64,000 bases of DNA from an uncultured delta proteobacterium (GCA_963745035.1 CAVUVW010000013.1:96001-160000), one strand, 5' to 3'. Positions 31,246 to 42,376 are shown, counted from the stretch's first letter. Numbers and translations: made by a program. Notes: generated by a model not told the origin, from the sequence alone.

Positions 31246-32126
31246 AACACTCCTCGCGCACAGCGCTGTTGTTCTTGCTGCCGAGTTTCTTCTTTGTCGG
31301 TCTGTTTTCGCTTTTTCCGATCTTCGAGTCGTTTCGCTGGAGTTTCTATCGCCTGATTCTGACTCTGCCCTGGCTCGGTCAGAAAATGGTCGGGCTCGAG
31401 AATTACACGGATCTCGTCACCGACTTGGTCGCGCGCGACGCGTTCCGGACGACTTTGCTGTTCATCGCGGTGACGATTCCCATCGAGCTGGTCTTGGGAC
31501 TTGGGATCGCGCTGGTATTGAACCAAACCTTTCGCGGCCGCGGGCTGCTGCGCGCGGTTGTGCTGATCCCTTGGGCGATTCCCACCGTGGTCGCGTCGCA
31601 GATGTGGCGTTTCATCTTCAACGACCGCTACGGGCTGGTGAACTTCGCTCTTTTCGGCGGCGACGTTTCCCGTTATCTCGCCCCGTTGGCCGATCCGGAG
31701 CTCGCTCTGGTTGCGATCATGATCGCAGAAATTTGGAAGACCACACCGTTTGCCGCGTTGATCCTGCTCGCCGGTCTCCAGGGCATCTCCGACGATCTCT
31801 ACGAGGCGGCGCAGGTGGACGGCGCCTCGGCTTGGCAGCAGTTTCGCCACGTGACCCTGCCGCTGCTCACTCCCGCGCTGCTTCTCGCTCTGCTGTTTCG
31901 CACCATCGACTCCTTGCGCGTGTTCGATCTGGTCTTCGTCATGACCCAAGGCGGACCGGCGGACGCAACCAATGTGCTGCAGTTTTACGGCTACAAAAAG
32001 ACTTTCGCCGAAGGCATGGTCGGCTACGGCTCGGCGATCGCCGTGACCGTATTTTTGTTGTCGCTGGCGCTGGCACTGGTTTATTTGCGCGCGCTCTCGT
32101 CGAGCCGGTTGCGTGAGGCAAATTAA
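31242..32126 (+). CDS. Sugar ABC permease (MalF-like)
   Basis: VGLENY, LIPWAIP, WKTTPF..LLAGLQ..LYEAAQVDGA EAA loop. Confidence 0.9.
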   Translation: MKHSSRTALLFLLPSFFFVGLFSLFPIFESFRWSFYRLILTLPWLGQKMVGLENYTDLVTDLVARDAFRTTLLFIAVTIPIELVLGLGIALVLNQTFRGRGLLRAVVLIPWAIPTVVASQMWRFIFNDRYGLVNFALFGGDVSRYLAPLADPELALVAIMIAEIWKTTPFAALILLAGLQGISDDLYEAAQVDGASAWQQFRHVTLPLLTPALLLALLFRTIDSLRVFDLVFVMTQGGPADATNVLQFYGYKKTFAEGMVGYGSAIAVTVFLLSLALALVYLRALSSSRLREAN

Positions 32127-32942
32127 TGAAGCGCACTACCGCGATTGTGCTGTTCGCCGCGCTCATCACGCTGTATTGCCTGCTGCCGTTTCTTTGGTTT
32201 GTTTTGACTTCGCTCAAGACCAGCGCCGAACTGGCGGCGATTCCCCCGGTGTGGATTCCATCGTTTCATTTGAGCTTCTACGAGTCCGCCCTGCGCGAGT
32301 ACGGTTTGCTTCACTATCTGGTCAACAGCGTTCTGGTTGCCGGTTCGGCGACCCTGGTAACGATCATGCGTCGCTTCGCTCGCGGCCTACGCCATCGCCC
32401 GCTTTGACTTGCCGTGGACCCGTTTCTACCTGCTTCTGTTGCTGGCCATTTCCATGTTCCCGCAGATCGCCATTGCCGGGCCGGTGTGGAAGATCCTCGA
32501 TCGCCTGGCGTGGCTCAACACCTACCACGGCCTGGTCGCCGCCTATATCGCGCTGTCTCTGCCGCTGGCGATCTGGATTCTCACGACATTCTTTCGCGAA
32601 GTGCCCAACGAGATCGAGGAGGCGGCGTTGATCGACGGCTGCAGCCGTCTTCAGGTGCTCTACAAAGTCGTTTTGCCGCTTGCCGCGCCGGGCATCTTCA
32701 CCGCTGCGCTGCTGGTTTTTATCCACGCCTGGAACGAATTCTTTTTCGCGCTGATCATCATGACCGATCCGACCGTGCAGACTTTGCCGGTCGGCATCGC
32801 GCTTTTTCCCGGAGAATACACCATGCCGTGGGGCGAAATTTCCGCCGCTTCGACAATCGCGACCATTCCGCTGATCCTGCTGACGTTAATTTTTCAGCGC
32901 GGCATCGTGCGCGGTCTGTCGGCCGGCGCCGTAAAAGGTTAG
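32126..32942 (+). CDS. Sugar ABC permease (MalG-like; frameshift near 32370)
   Basis: TSLKT, IEEAALIDGC, AWNEFFFAL, GLSAGAVKG. Confidence 0.88.
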
Positions 32943-32989
32943 CATGGCACGTCAATGACAAAAACTTATTCTCGTTTTCGGGAGGTTCT

Positions 32990-34078
32990 ATCGCAGCGCT
33001 GGTCGTAAACAGACTCGCCAAACGGTTCGGTGCCAACGAAGTCCTGAAAGATATTTCCTTCGAGGTGGCCGATGGCGAGTTTTGCATCCTGCTCGGCCCC
33101 TCGGGCTGCGGCAAATCGACCGTGCTGCGGCTGATTGCCGGACTCGAACAGCCCAGCAGCGGCGAAATTTCGATCGACGGTGCACGGATCGACTACCAGC
33201 CGCCGCAAAAGCGCGACATCGCTTTCGTGTTTCAAAGCTACGCGCTTTATCCGCACATGACGGTGTTCGACAATCTCGCCTTCTCCTTGCGCTTGCGCGG
33301 CGTTCCGGCAACGGAGATCGCCGCAAAAGTGCGGGAGGCCGCCCAGCTCCTGGAAATCGAAAGTCTGTTAGAGCGCCGGCCGCAGGCGCTGAGCGGTGGC
33401 CAGCGCCAGCGCGTCGCGCTCGGCCGGGCGATCGTACGCCGGCCGAAAATTTTTCTCTTCGACGAGCCGCTGTCGAATCTCGACGCCGCGCTGCGCGCGA
33501 CCATGCGTGTCGAGTTGGCGCGGCTGCACCGCCGCCTCGGTGCGACAATCGTTTTCGTCACCCACGATCAGGCCGAAGCGCTCACCTTGGGCGAGAAGAT
33601 CGTGGTTCTCGACCGCGGCATAATTCAGCAGATCGGCGCGCCGTCGGAGATCTATCACCGGCCGGCTAATGTCATGGTGGCGCGCTTCGTCGGCAGCCCA
33701 CAGATGAATTTTTTCGAGGGGCAACTGGACGCCGCGGGCGTGATCTTTCATGTCGGCGGTCTGGATTTAAAATTGACCGATCGCATGAAAAGCGTCTTGG
33801 CACAATTCGCCGGCAAGCCTGTGACGATCGGCGTACGCCCTGAGGATTTCACCCCGGCTGACGCGGAGAAAGGCTGGCTCGGCGGGGAGATCGAGCTGAT
33901 CGAGGATCTCGGATCGGACCGCTTTCTGCACGTTAAATGCCGCGGCATCGACGTAGTGGCGCGCGCCGGCCGGGAAGGACAGTTCCGCGCTGGCGAGCGC
34001 ATCGGTCTGGATGTCGAGATCGAGCACATGCATTTCTTTTACGATAGCAAACGGCTGGAATTAGCCGGTGGCGTTTGA
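32990..34078 (+). CDS. Sugar ABC ATP-binding protein (MalK/UgpC-like); start codon uncertain
   Basis: GPSGCGKST, VFQSYALYPHM, LSGGQRQRVALGRA, FDEPLSNLD, VTHDQ. Confidence 0.9.
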   Translation: MAALVVNRLAKRFGANEVLKDISFEVADGEFCILLGPSGCGKSTVLRLIAGLEQPSSGEISIDGARIDYQPPQKRDIAFVFQSYALYPHMTVFDNLAFSLRLRGVPATEIAAKVREAAQLLEIESLLERRPQALSGGQRQRVALGRAIVRRPKIFLFDEPLSNLDAALRATMRVELARLHRRLGATIVFVTHDQAEALTLGEKIVVLDRGIIQQIGAPSEIYHRPANVMVARFVGSPQMNFFEGQLDAAGVIFHVGGLDLKLTDRMKSVLAQFAGKPVTIGVRPEDFTPADAEKGWLGGEIELIEDLGSDRFLHVKCRGIDVVARAGREGQFRAGERIGLDVEIEHMHFFYDSKRLELAGGV

Positions 34079-34133
34079 GTTTTCACGCCGATCGTTATAA
34101 CCGGAACTCAAACACCTCGCTGGAGGCGGAATC

Positions 34134-34847
34134 ATGAAAATTATCAATCGCGACTTGACTGCCGACAAAGACGGCGTGCCCGGCTACCTGGCTCATGCGG
34201 ACCGCAAAGAACCGGGACCTGGCGTGATGATCGTGCATCATCATTACGGCGTCACCGGCAACATGAAGGTCAACGTCTGCAACTTCGCCAAGCTCGGCTA
34301 TACGACGTTGGTCCCCGACCTTTACAAAATGCTCGGCGAATCCGACGGCGTCCATGAAGCGCAAAAGAAAACCACCGACAGCCAGTTTTGCGAGATCCTG
34401 AACACCTCGTGGCGCTACCTGACGAGCCGTCCGGAAGTCGATGCCAAACGCTGCGCCGTGGTCGGTTACTGCATGGGCGGGCGCATCGGCATTCACTTTG
34501 TCGCCGCGACCCCGAGCGTGCGCGCCTTCGTCGGCTACTATCCGTCGGTGCGCGACGAGGGGCCGAGCCAACTAAGACCGCGCCATCCCAACGAAGCGGT
34601 GAAGGATTTCAAATGCCCGTCGCAGATTTTTTTCGGCGCCCATGACCACGTCGCCAGCATAGAGGTGCAGCAAAAATTGATGGCGAGCTTGCAAGCCAAC
34701 GGCCAGCCGCTCGACTGGCACTTCTTTCATCGCGTCGGTCACGGCTTCGCCATGGCCGACGGCGACTGCTACGATCCCAAGCTGGCCGAGGCCGCTTGGA
34801 CGCTCACAGCGGATTTTCTGGCAAGGGAGCTGGAAACCGAATCGTGA
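34134..34847 (+). CDS. Dienelactone hydrolase family protein
   Basis: GYCMGG nucleophile, YYP, GHGF; GGAGG RBS. Confidence 0.85.
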   Translation: MKIINRDLTADKDGVPGYLAHADRKEPGPGVMIVHHHYGVTGNMKVNVCNFAKLGYTTLVPDLYKMLGESDGVHEAQKKTTDSQFCEILNTSWRYLTSRPEVDAKRCAVVGYCMGGRIGIHFVAATPSVRAFVGYYPSVRDEGPSQLRPRHPNEAVKDFKCPSQIFFGAHDHVASIEVQQKLMASLQANGQPLDWHFFHRVGHGFAMADGDCYDPKLAEAAWTLTADFLARELETES

Positions 34848-34934
34848 GTGAGGCCCGCTCGATTTTCTAGAAGAGGTTGCCTTGATTCATCATCCTCAAC
34901 GATGACTGAGTCCAATGTTACCAAATCACCCGGA

Positions 34935-35007
34935 TGTCATGCCGAGCAAAAGCGCAGCATCTCACAGCTTACTAAAGCAGATTCTTCGCCTACGGCTCAG
35001 AATGACA
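34935..35007. repeat. Degenerate REP-like doublet (TGTCAT...AGATTCTTCG..CTCAGAATGACA type)
   Basis: TGTCATGCCGAGC... and AGATTCTTCGCCTACGGCTCAGAATGACA inverted arms between convergent genes. Confidence 0.65.
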
Positions 35008-35061
35008 TTCTACGAGATGAACGATCCGCTCAATTGGTCCGATGCTGGCGAGAGCTCCGCA

Positions 35062-35529
35062 TCAAGACAGCGGATAAATAAAATTGACCGCCTCGCTGCG
35101 CTCGCGCCAGCCGGCTTTGCTGTAGAACTGCCGCTGATACGACTCCCGATTACGCAGGTTGGTCAACGAGAGACGTTGGCAGCCTCGCACTCGCGCTTCT
35201 TTTTCAACTGCGCCGAGCAGTTCCCGCCCGATGCCTCGCCCGCGCGCCGCCGCACTGACGAACAATTCCGAAACATATCCTTCCGGCCCAGGCATGAAGA
35301 GATACGGCAGCCAGTGTACCGAGCCGTAGGCCACGATCTTTCCATCGGTATCCTCAGCGACCAAAACCAGATGGCTGTCATCCACCAGGCATTGCTCCAA
35401 GCGCGCCCTCACCTGCTCGGTCAACGCGTTCAGCTCGCCGCCGTTGAAGGCATCGAACCAGCCGATTCCCCGTAGGAGAAGCGCGAGCTCGCGCGCGTCC
35501 CCGACAGTGGCTTTTCTGATTACCGTCAT
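35062..35529 (-). CDS. GNAT family N-acetyltransferase
   Basis: IRKAT..D, LFVSAAARGRGIG acetyl-CoA motif, FY..AGW. Confidence 0.85.
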   Translation of the reverse strand: MTVIRKATVGDARELALLLRGIGWFDAFNGGELNALTEQVRARLEQCLVDDSHLVLVAEDTDGKIVAYGSVHWLPYLFMPGPEGYVSELFVSAAARGRGIGRELLGAVEKEARVRGCQRLSLTNLRNRESYQRQFYSKAGWRERSEAVNFIYPLS

Positions 35530-35652
35530 CCGAGACTCCTATTTACAAGAATGAATCGCGCACCAAAATGACTATCTCCCTGCAGTCCGCAAATTTCGTT
35601 CGAAGTCAGAGTCTCCGAGAACTTGCTACCGGCAGAAAGAGCAAATGACGAG

Positions 35653-36829
35653 CTAAATAATCCCCTGCTCCTTGAGTTCCGCGAGTTTCTGATCGCTGTA
35701 ACCGAGCGGCTTGAGATATTCGCCGTTGTGCTCTCCGAGCTCGGGGGGCGGGAGCGGATGGGGATTTTTCGTGTCGCTGTATTCGTTGGGAAAAGCCACG
35801 GTTCGGATCGTCGGTTTCTCCTTGCGCTCGATCGTGATTTCCAAACCCATATGTTTAATCTGCGGATCCTGGAACACTTCCTGCAAATTATAAACCGGCG
35901 TGTGCGGCACGTCGTTGGCTTCGAGCTGCTCCATCCAATACGCGCGCGGCTTCTCTCTAAAAAATTCCGCGAAGACTCCGGCGAGCTCGTTGTAGTTCTT
36001 CCGCCGGTTCGGCCGCGTATTGAAGCGCGGGTCGTCGATCAGCTCGGGATGGCCCGCGGCATTGCACAAACCTTCCCAGAATTTTTGCGGGGAGGAGAGA
36101 TGAATGGCGAACGGCAAGCCGTCCGAACCGCTGAACGCGTAGGTCTGCGACTGCATCGGCCGTGTGTACGGTCCAGGTATCCTTCCGGTAGCGAGCGCAT
36201 CGGTGGCCGGTGCGATCAAGAATGCGAGAGTCGAACCGGCCATGGTCGTGTCGACCTGCTGTCCTTTACCGGTTTTCGCTCGAGCGGCGATTGCGCCAAG
36301 CACACCGATGCAGGCAAACATGCCGCTCAAGCTGTCGGCGTAGTTCGGCCCGATCGGACGTGGATCTTTCGCGTCCATCAACAAACTCAGCATGCCGCCG
36401 AGCCCTTGGCCGACGGTGTCGTAAGCCGGCCGCTTCACATACGGCCCGGTCGGGCCCGGTGCCGGTGATCGAGAGATAAATGACGCCCGGATTGGTTTTG
36501 CTGACGGTATCGTAATCGATGCCAAGTTTCTTCATGACGCCGGGCCGGTAGTTGTCGAGAACCACATCGGCTTTGTTGGCCAACGCCAAAAAGATTTCTT
36601 TTCCTTCGGGAGTCTGCAAATTCAAAGTGATGCTCTTCTTGCCTCGATTGTACGCCCAGAAATTCGGCTGATCGCCGCCCAAATCCCAACCACGAAACGG
36701 ATCGCCGCCCTTGGGATTCTCGATTTTGATCACTTCCGCGCCCATGTCGGCGAGCAGCATCGCGCCGTAGGGCCCCGAGATAAAATTTCCCAGCTCCAAG
36801 ACTTTGATGCCTTCCAGACAACCGTTCAT
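35653..36829 (-). CDS. Family III CoA-transferase (CaiB/BaiF; frameshift near 36465)
   Basis: LEGIKVLELG..GPY..LADMGAEVIKIE, NRGKKSI, DNYRPG, YAD, PPPELGEH. Confidence 0.9.
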
Positions 36830-36899
36830 CCTTGCTCCTCGATAGTGGTTTTCGTCACCAACCGTCGGGCGATTCCCCCCTTACGCAAATGTGCACGAA

Positions 36900-38076
36900 T
36901 CAGATCACACCTTTGTCCTTGAACTCCGCGATCTTGTTTTCGTCATAGCCCAAAGATTTAAGGAACTCGTCGTTGTCCTCGCCGAGCTCGGGCGGCGGCG
37001 TGGGATGCGCCGACGGAGTCTCGCTGTAGCTCAGAGGAAATTTCACCGTGCGGATGGTCGGCTTGTCGCTGCGCTCGATTGCGATCTCCATGCCCATGTG
37101 CCGCACCTGCGGATCGTCGAAGACTTCCTTCAAATTATAAACCGGCGTGTGCGGCACGTCGTTAGCTTCCAGCCGCTCGATCCAGTGCGCGCGAGGCTTT
37201 TCCTTGAAAAACACCGCAAACGTCTTGTTGAGTTCATCGTAATTGGCGCGCCGGTCCGGCCGGGTCTTGAAACGCGGGTCTTCGATCATCTCGGGATGAT
37301 CGACCGACTTGCACAAACCTTCCCAGAATTTTTGCGGCGACGATAAGTGAATCGCCAGCATGGCGCCGTCGGCGCACGCAAAGGCGTAGGTCTGCGACTG
37401 GCGCGGCCGGGTGTACGGCCCGGGCACACGGCCGTGCGCGAGCGTCTCCGTCGCCGGCGCGTTCAGGAACGCTAGGATCGAGCCGACCATGGTGGCATCC
37501 ACCTGTTGTCCTTTGCCGGTCCGGTTGCGCGCCATCAACGCACCGAGAACGCCTAACGCGGAAAACATGCCGCTCAGACAGTCGGCGTACGCGGGGCCCA
37601 CCGGTTTGGGATTTTGCGGGTCCATCAACACGCTCATCATGCCGCCCATGCCCTGGCCGACCGTGTCATAGGCCGGTCGCTTCACGTAAGGCCCGGACGG
37701 ACCGGTGCCGGTAATCGAGCAGCAAACGATTTTCGGGTTGATTTTTTTCAAGCTGTCGAAGTCGATGCCGAGTTTCTGGGTGACGCCGGGGCGGTAGTTG
37801 TCCATCACCACGTCGGCGTCTTTGACCAGGCCGTAGAAAATTTCCTTTCCCTCCGGCGTTTGCAGATTGAGGGTGACGCTTTTCTTGCCGCGATTGTATG
37901 CCCAGAAATTCGGTTGATCGCCGCCGAAATCCCAACCGCGAAACGGGTCCCCGCCCTTGGGATTTTCGACCTTGATCACCTCCGCGCCGAGATCCGCGAG
38001 CAACATCGCGCCGTACGGTCCGGAAATAAAATTCCCCAAGCTCCAAAACTCTGATGCCTTCCAAACATCCTGTCAT
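36900..38076 (-). CDS. Family III CoA-transferase (tandem paralog; frameshift near 38036)
   Basis: Same motifs as the neighbour; N-terminus MTGCLEGIRVLELG is in a shifted frame. Confidence 0.9.
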
Positions 38077-38214
38077 TCTTCTTCTCCTACTTTCTCTTTC
38101 TTGTCTTCTTGCCTTTCCTCACGCCTTCGCCTCAAGCCTCGCGCTTTGCTGTTGCCTGTTGCCTTTTGGATCGGATAAGAAGCTTTCTTATATCCCAATT
38201 CGCAGGAGCACAAG

Positions 38215-39582
38215 ATGGCGACGCCCCCGGCAGTCACCGATAAATTGGCTGAGTTCGTTACGGACACAGAGTTTGCCGCGATTTCCCCAACGACGCGCGC
38301 CAACGCCAAGCTGCATATTCTCGACACCTTCGGCGTGGCGCTCGCCGGCGTCGACCAACCGGCCGCGAAGATCGCGCTCGATTACTGCGCCAAACTCGGC
38401 GCCTCGCAGGAAGCATCGGTGTGGGGCGCGCCGCAAAAGGCATCGGTCTCGACGGCGGCCTTCGCCAACGGCCTGCTCGCTCATGCGCTCGATTTCGACG
38501 ATTGGGACGCGTTCATTCACGTCGGCCATCCGACCAGCATGTTGCTCGGCGCGGCGCTAAGTCTCGGCGAACACATCGACGCGTCCGGAGAAGAGTTGCT
38601 CAAAGCCTACGTGCTCGGCATCGAGGTCATCTGTAAACTTGCAGCGAATTGCCCTAACGTGCAAGACCGCGGATTTCACAGCACGCCGGTATGGGGCAGC
38701 CTCGGTGCCGCCGTCGCCTGCGCGAGTTTATTGAAACTGGATGCGGAAAAATTGAAAGTTGCCCTCGGCATCGCCGCTTCTGCCGCCGGCGGCATCCATC
38801 GCCAGCAAGGCTCGATGGTCAAACCGTTTCACGCTGGCAACGCCGCGCGCAACGGCGCCGAAGCCGCGCTGCTCGCCGCCGCGGGCTTCACCGCCGATAC
38901 GGCAATCCTCGAAGCGCCGCGCGGCTTTTGCGATACATTCTTCGGTCCCGGCGAGTGCGATTACGAAAAGATGATAGAAAATATCGGCAAGCCCTATTTT
39001 CTCGAATCGCCCGGCCTGGGCCTCAAATGGCACCCCTGCAGCGCGCCGCAGTTTCTCGCCGCCGACGCCGCGCTGCATTTGAAGCACGAGCACGGCATCC
39101 GCTACGAAGACGTGGCGCGCATGGAAGTCAATATTCCGCCGCTCCGCTACGCGCGCCACTACGCGCCCGAAGTCAAAACCGGCTTGCGCGGCAAATTCGC
39201 CATCAACTATGTCGTCGCCATGTGCATCCTGGATGGCAAGCTCGAGCTGGTAACGTTCACCGACGAGAAGGTCAACCAGCCCAAGGTTCAGGAAGCGCTC
39301 GGCAAAGTCACCGTTATTTGCGATGAAAGCATTCCCGAGCCTGGCCCCTATTGCCCAGTAACCGTCGAGCTCAAAAACGGCGTGCGCCACAGCTTCACCG
39401 CCAAACTCGCCAAAGGCCATCCTGAAAATCCCATGACGGAGAACGAAGTAATCGAAAAATTTCGTGGCAACGCGAACCTCCTGCTCTCAGATAGATCGAC
39501 CGATGAATTGATCAACCTGATGCAGCGAATGGAAACTCTCGACAACGTGAAGAGGCTTGCTCGTGCACTCACTCCTTCGTAG
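38215..39582 (+). CDS. MmgE/PrpD family protein
   Basis: AAFANGLLAHALDFDD, HP, RGFHST, KPFHAG.AARNG, KWHPC, KGHPENP. Confidence 0.9.
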   Translation: MATPPAVTDKLAEFVTDTEFAAISPTTRANAKLHILDTFGVALAGVDQPAAKIALDYCAKLGASQEASVWGAPQKASVSTAAFANGLLAHALDFDDWDAFIHVGHPTSMLLGAALSLGEHIDASGEELLKAYVLGIEVICKLAANCPNVQDRGFHSTPVWGSLGAAVACASLLKLDAEKLKVALGIAASAAGGIHRQQGSMVKPFHAGNAARNGAEAALLAAAGFTADTAILEAPRGFCDTFFGPGECDYEKMIENIGKPYFLESPGLGLKWHPCSAPQFLAADAALHLKHEHGIRYEDVARMEVNIPPLRYARHYAPEVKTGLRGKFAINYVVAMCILDGKLELVTFTDEKVNQPKVQEALGKVTVICDESIPEPGPYCPVTVELKNGVRHSFTAKLAKGHPENPMTENEVIEKFRGNANLLLSDRSTDELINLMQRMETLDNVKRLARALTPS

Positions 39583-39733
39583 CGGATTGACGATTTGGGA
39601 AAATCGCGCGTCATGTAGTGCCAAGCGATTGTGGAGCAATTAGAGCACGTAAACAGGGCGAGTGTTTCCGAGATCCGCTACATAAACCGAACTTGCGTTT
39701 TTGAAGGCGATGCATCGCGCTCCATTTTTCATC

Positions 39734-40894
39734 CTAAGCAGTTTCTCTCAGCTTCCACGTAAGCGGCAGGGCAAGCGCGCACAAGCCGGCCATGATCCAG
39801 AATCCTTGGGCGCCCAGGCGCGCGTAAAGCATGCCCGAGGCAAATGTAACCAAGGCCACGGCTGCGCCAATGCCGACGGTGCCGTAGATCGCCTGGGCTG
39901 TTCCTTCGAGGCCTCGCGGTACGATGCGAGCGATAAGACGCATGCAGGCGAGATGCAGCAGCGCGAAAGTAATGCCGTGCAGCGGCTGCACCAGCGCAAG
40001 GGCGATCGCATCGGTGGTCTGCGCCGCCACCGTCCAGCGCAGCATGCCGGCCAGCGCCGCGACCGCGAGCGCGCCGGCCGGGGTGAGGCGCGTCACCAAC
40101 GTCGGACCAATGACGAAGAACACGAGAACTTCCGCGGCGACCGACTCCGACCAAAGCAAGCTCGCGGTAATTGGACTGATGCCCGCGGCGGTCCAGCGGA
40201 TCACCGCGAAGGCATCATGCATTGCGTGGCTGCCGAGGATGAGCGCCGCCACAAGGACAAGGCTGCGAAATCGCGGCAGCCGAAGCAGAAGAAGAACACC
40301 GCCGGCAGGCGAGCGCGCGGCGGCGGCTGGGTGATCGTGAGTTAACTCGGGTACCCACAATGCGGCAAACGCTGCCGCGCTCAGCAGCGATGCCTGCAAG
40401 ACGATGATCACTTCGAGACCAAATGCGTCCACCGCCTGTCCGGACAGCAAAGTGCCGGCGATGAAGACAGCCGAGCCGGTGCCGCGCACCCAGCCGTATT
40501 CGAATCCGTTGCGACCGCTGCGCGGCGGCGGAACAGCGGCTCCCAGCGCCAATGCGTCGGCCAGGATGGTGATCGGCGCCAGCGCGGCGGCATGCAGCAG
40601 GCTCATGACGAGCAAAGCCCAAAATCCATGCGCGCCGAGATAACCACCAGTCACTCCGGCGGCAAGCGCAATGCAGACGACGAGCACGACCCGAAGTCCC
40701 TGGATCAAGTCGCCGATGCGGCCCGCAAGCGGCGAAGTGACGAGCCGCACGGCCGTGCCCGCGCCGAGCACGAGTCCAAGCTGCTCGGGAGCCAGCCCAC
40801 GCGCGGTCAAAAAGGCCGGCAGAAACGGCGAAGCGACGCCGAACGCCGCGTACATCGCGGCATAGAGCAGAATAAATTTCGCCAGCGCCGGCAT
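39734..40894 (-). CDS. MFS transporter, HcaT/PPP-like
   Basis: PFLPAFL..RGL, YGWVRGTGS, SHAM..F..IRW, LW...V.AEV, Q.LHGITF; start uncertain. Confidence 0.8.
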   Translation of the reverse strand: MPALAKFILLYAAMYAAFGVASPFLPAFLTARGLAPEQLGLVLGAGTAVRLVTSPLAGRIGDLIQGLRVVLVVCIALAAGVTGGYLGAHGFWALLVMSLLHAAALAPITILADALALGAAVPPPRSGRNGFEYGWVRGTGSAVFIAGTLLSGQAVDAFGLEVIIVLQASLLSAAAFAALWVPELTHDHPAAAARSPAGGVLLLLRLPRFRSLVLVAALILGSHAMHDAFAVIRWTAAGISPITASLLWSESVAAEVLVFFVIGPTLVTRLTPAGALAVAALAGMLRWTVAAQTTDAIALALVQPLHGITFALLHLACMRLIARIVPRGLEGTAQAIYGTVGIGAAVALVTFASGMLYARLGAQGFWIMAGLCALALPLTWKLRETA

Positions 40895-41080
40895 CAGACG
40901 AATCGATGGGACATCGAAGACAATCACTACCCACAATCAATGAATCATCCCGTTACACACTCTTGCAACAACCTCAGGCGCCCTTACAATTGGATTCCAA
41001 AGCCTGCTGGCGCCAAGGAACGTGCGCTTCCGAGGCACGGCATGTTGGATCAAGCCGAGCCTGATTCTGGAGGAAAACTC

Positions 41081-41488
41081 ATGTCGGAAACGATCGAAAT
41101 CGGCGCCGAACCGGCACCGTCTCTCGTTACCGTGGCGCACGTCGTCTATGCGCTGCACGCGCTCAGTCTTTTTATCGGCATCACGACCGCGGCGACGATC
41201 GTCGGCGCCTTTGTTTTCGGTCTGCCGTCCATCGGCGCCGTGGTCATCAACTACCTGAAGAGAGCGGAGGCGCGAGGGACGTTCCTCGAGTCGCACTTTC
41301 GCTGGCAGATTCGCACCTTCTGGTTCGCGCTGCTTTGGTTTCTCGTCGCCGCCATGCTCTTCGCTAGCTTCATCGGCATTCCGCTCGCGATTGCGGCTTT
41401 CATAGGCGTCGGTCTTTGGCTCATCTACCGGATCGCCCGCGGCTGGCTCGCGCTGCGCGACCGAAAACCGATGTACGCAAACCCATGA
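41081..41488 (+). CDS. Small membrane protein, DUF4870-like
   Basis: VYALH, INYLKR, ESHFRWQIRTFW, YRIARGW; GGAGG RBS. Confidence 0.75.
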   Translation: MSETIEIGAEPAPSLVTVAHVVYALHALSLFIGITTAATIVGAFVFGLPSIGAVVINYLKRAEARGTFLESHFRWQIRTFWFALLWFLVAAMLFASFIGIPLAIAAFIGVGLWLIYRIARGWLALRDRKPMYANP

Positions 41489-41569
41489 TCGCCCGACTCC
41501 CCCGAATCCCGAATCTGATCTGCGCCCGTCGTCGATTGTGAATTCGATACAGATTCGGCAACTCAGCTC

Positions 41570-42376
41570 ATGACAGCACGCTCGCTCACTTCGCTCGCGC
41601 TCGCTTCGCTCTCGGCGTTTCTCGCTTTCCAGCTGTGGACGATCACGCCGGCCTTTTCCTGGTTCGACAAAGGTCATCGGATCGTCGGGTTGATCGCCCA
41701 GGCGCACCTCACCGCCGAGGCGCGCGCGGAGATGGAAAAGATTTTTCCCGCAAACATGACCTTGGCGGACGCGGCAATCTGGCCGGATCATGAAGGGCGC
41801 AGCATACGCGACTTCGATCCCCTCCACTACGTCAGCATTCCTGAGACGGCCGCCGGCTACGACCAAGCGCGCGATTGCCCGGAGCGAAACTGCATGGTCG
41901 AAGCGCTCCGCTGGTTTTCAGAGATCGTAGCCGACAAGAATGCGCCGACAATGGCAAGGAGACTCTCGCTTTACTACATCGCCCATCTGGTGGGCGATAT
42001 GCACCAACCGCTGCACGCCGGCAGGATCATAGACCGGGGCGGTACGGAGTTCCCTGTGTCTTACCAGGGCCGGTCGACCAATCTGCACTTCTTTTGGGAC
42101 CGAGACTTGGTCGACCTGGAAATTGGCACCGAAGAGGAAATCGCCATGCGCCTAACGGCGGACCTCCGTGACGAGGAACGGCGAAAATGGCAGTCCGGCG
42201 ACCCCGTACAGTGGACCAACGAATCGTTGGTGCTCGTCCGCTCCCACGGCTACAACATCGGACCATCCAGCGAAATCTCCGACGACTACGTCGAAAAGGC
42301 CCGCCCAATCGTCCGCACAAGAATGACGCAAGCGGGGCTCAGGTTAGCTTGGCTGTTGAATATTGCATTGAAGTAA
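41570..42376 (+). CDS. S1/P1 family nuclease, secreted
   Basis: Signal peptide then W...GH, WPD, LHY, HLVGDMHQPLH, NLH..WD, AGLRLA.LLN. Confidence 0.9.
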   Translation: MTARSLTSLALASLSAFLAFQLWTITPAFSWFDKGHRIVGLIAQAHLTAEARAEMEKIFPANMTLADAAIWPDHEGRSIRDFDPLHYVSIPETAAGYDQARDCPERNCMVEALRWFSEIVADKNAPTMARRLSLYYIAHLVGDMHQPLHAGRIIDRGGTEFPVSYQGRSTNLHFFWDRDLVDLEIGTEEEIAMRLTADLRDEERRKWQSGDPVQWTNESLVLVRSHGYNIGPSSEISDDYVEKARPIVRTRMTQAGLRLAWLLNIALK

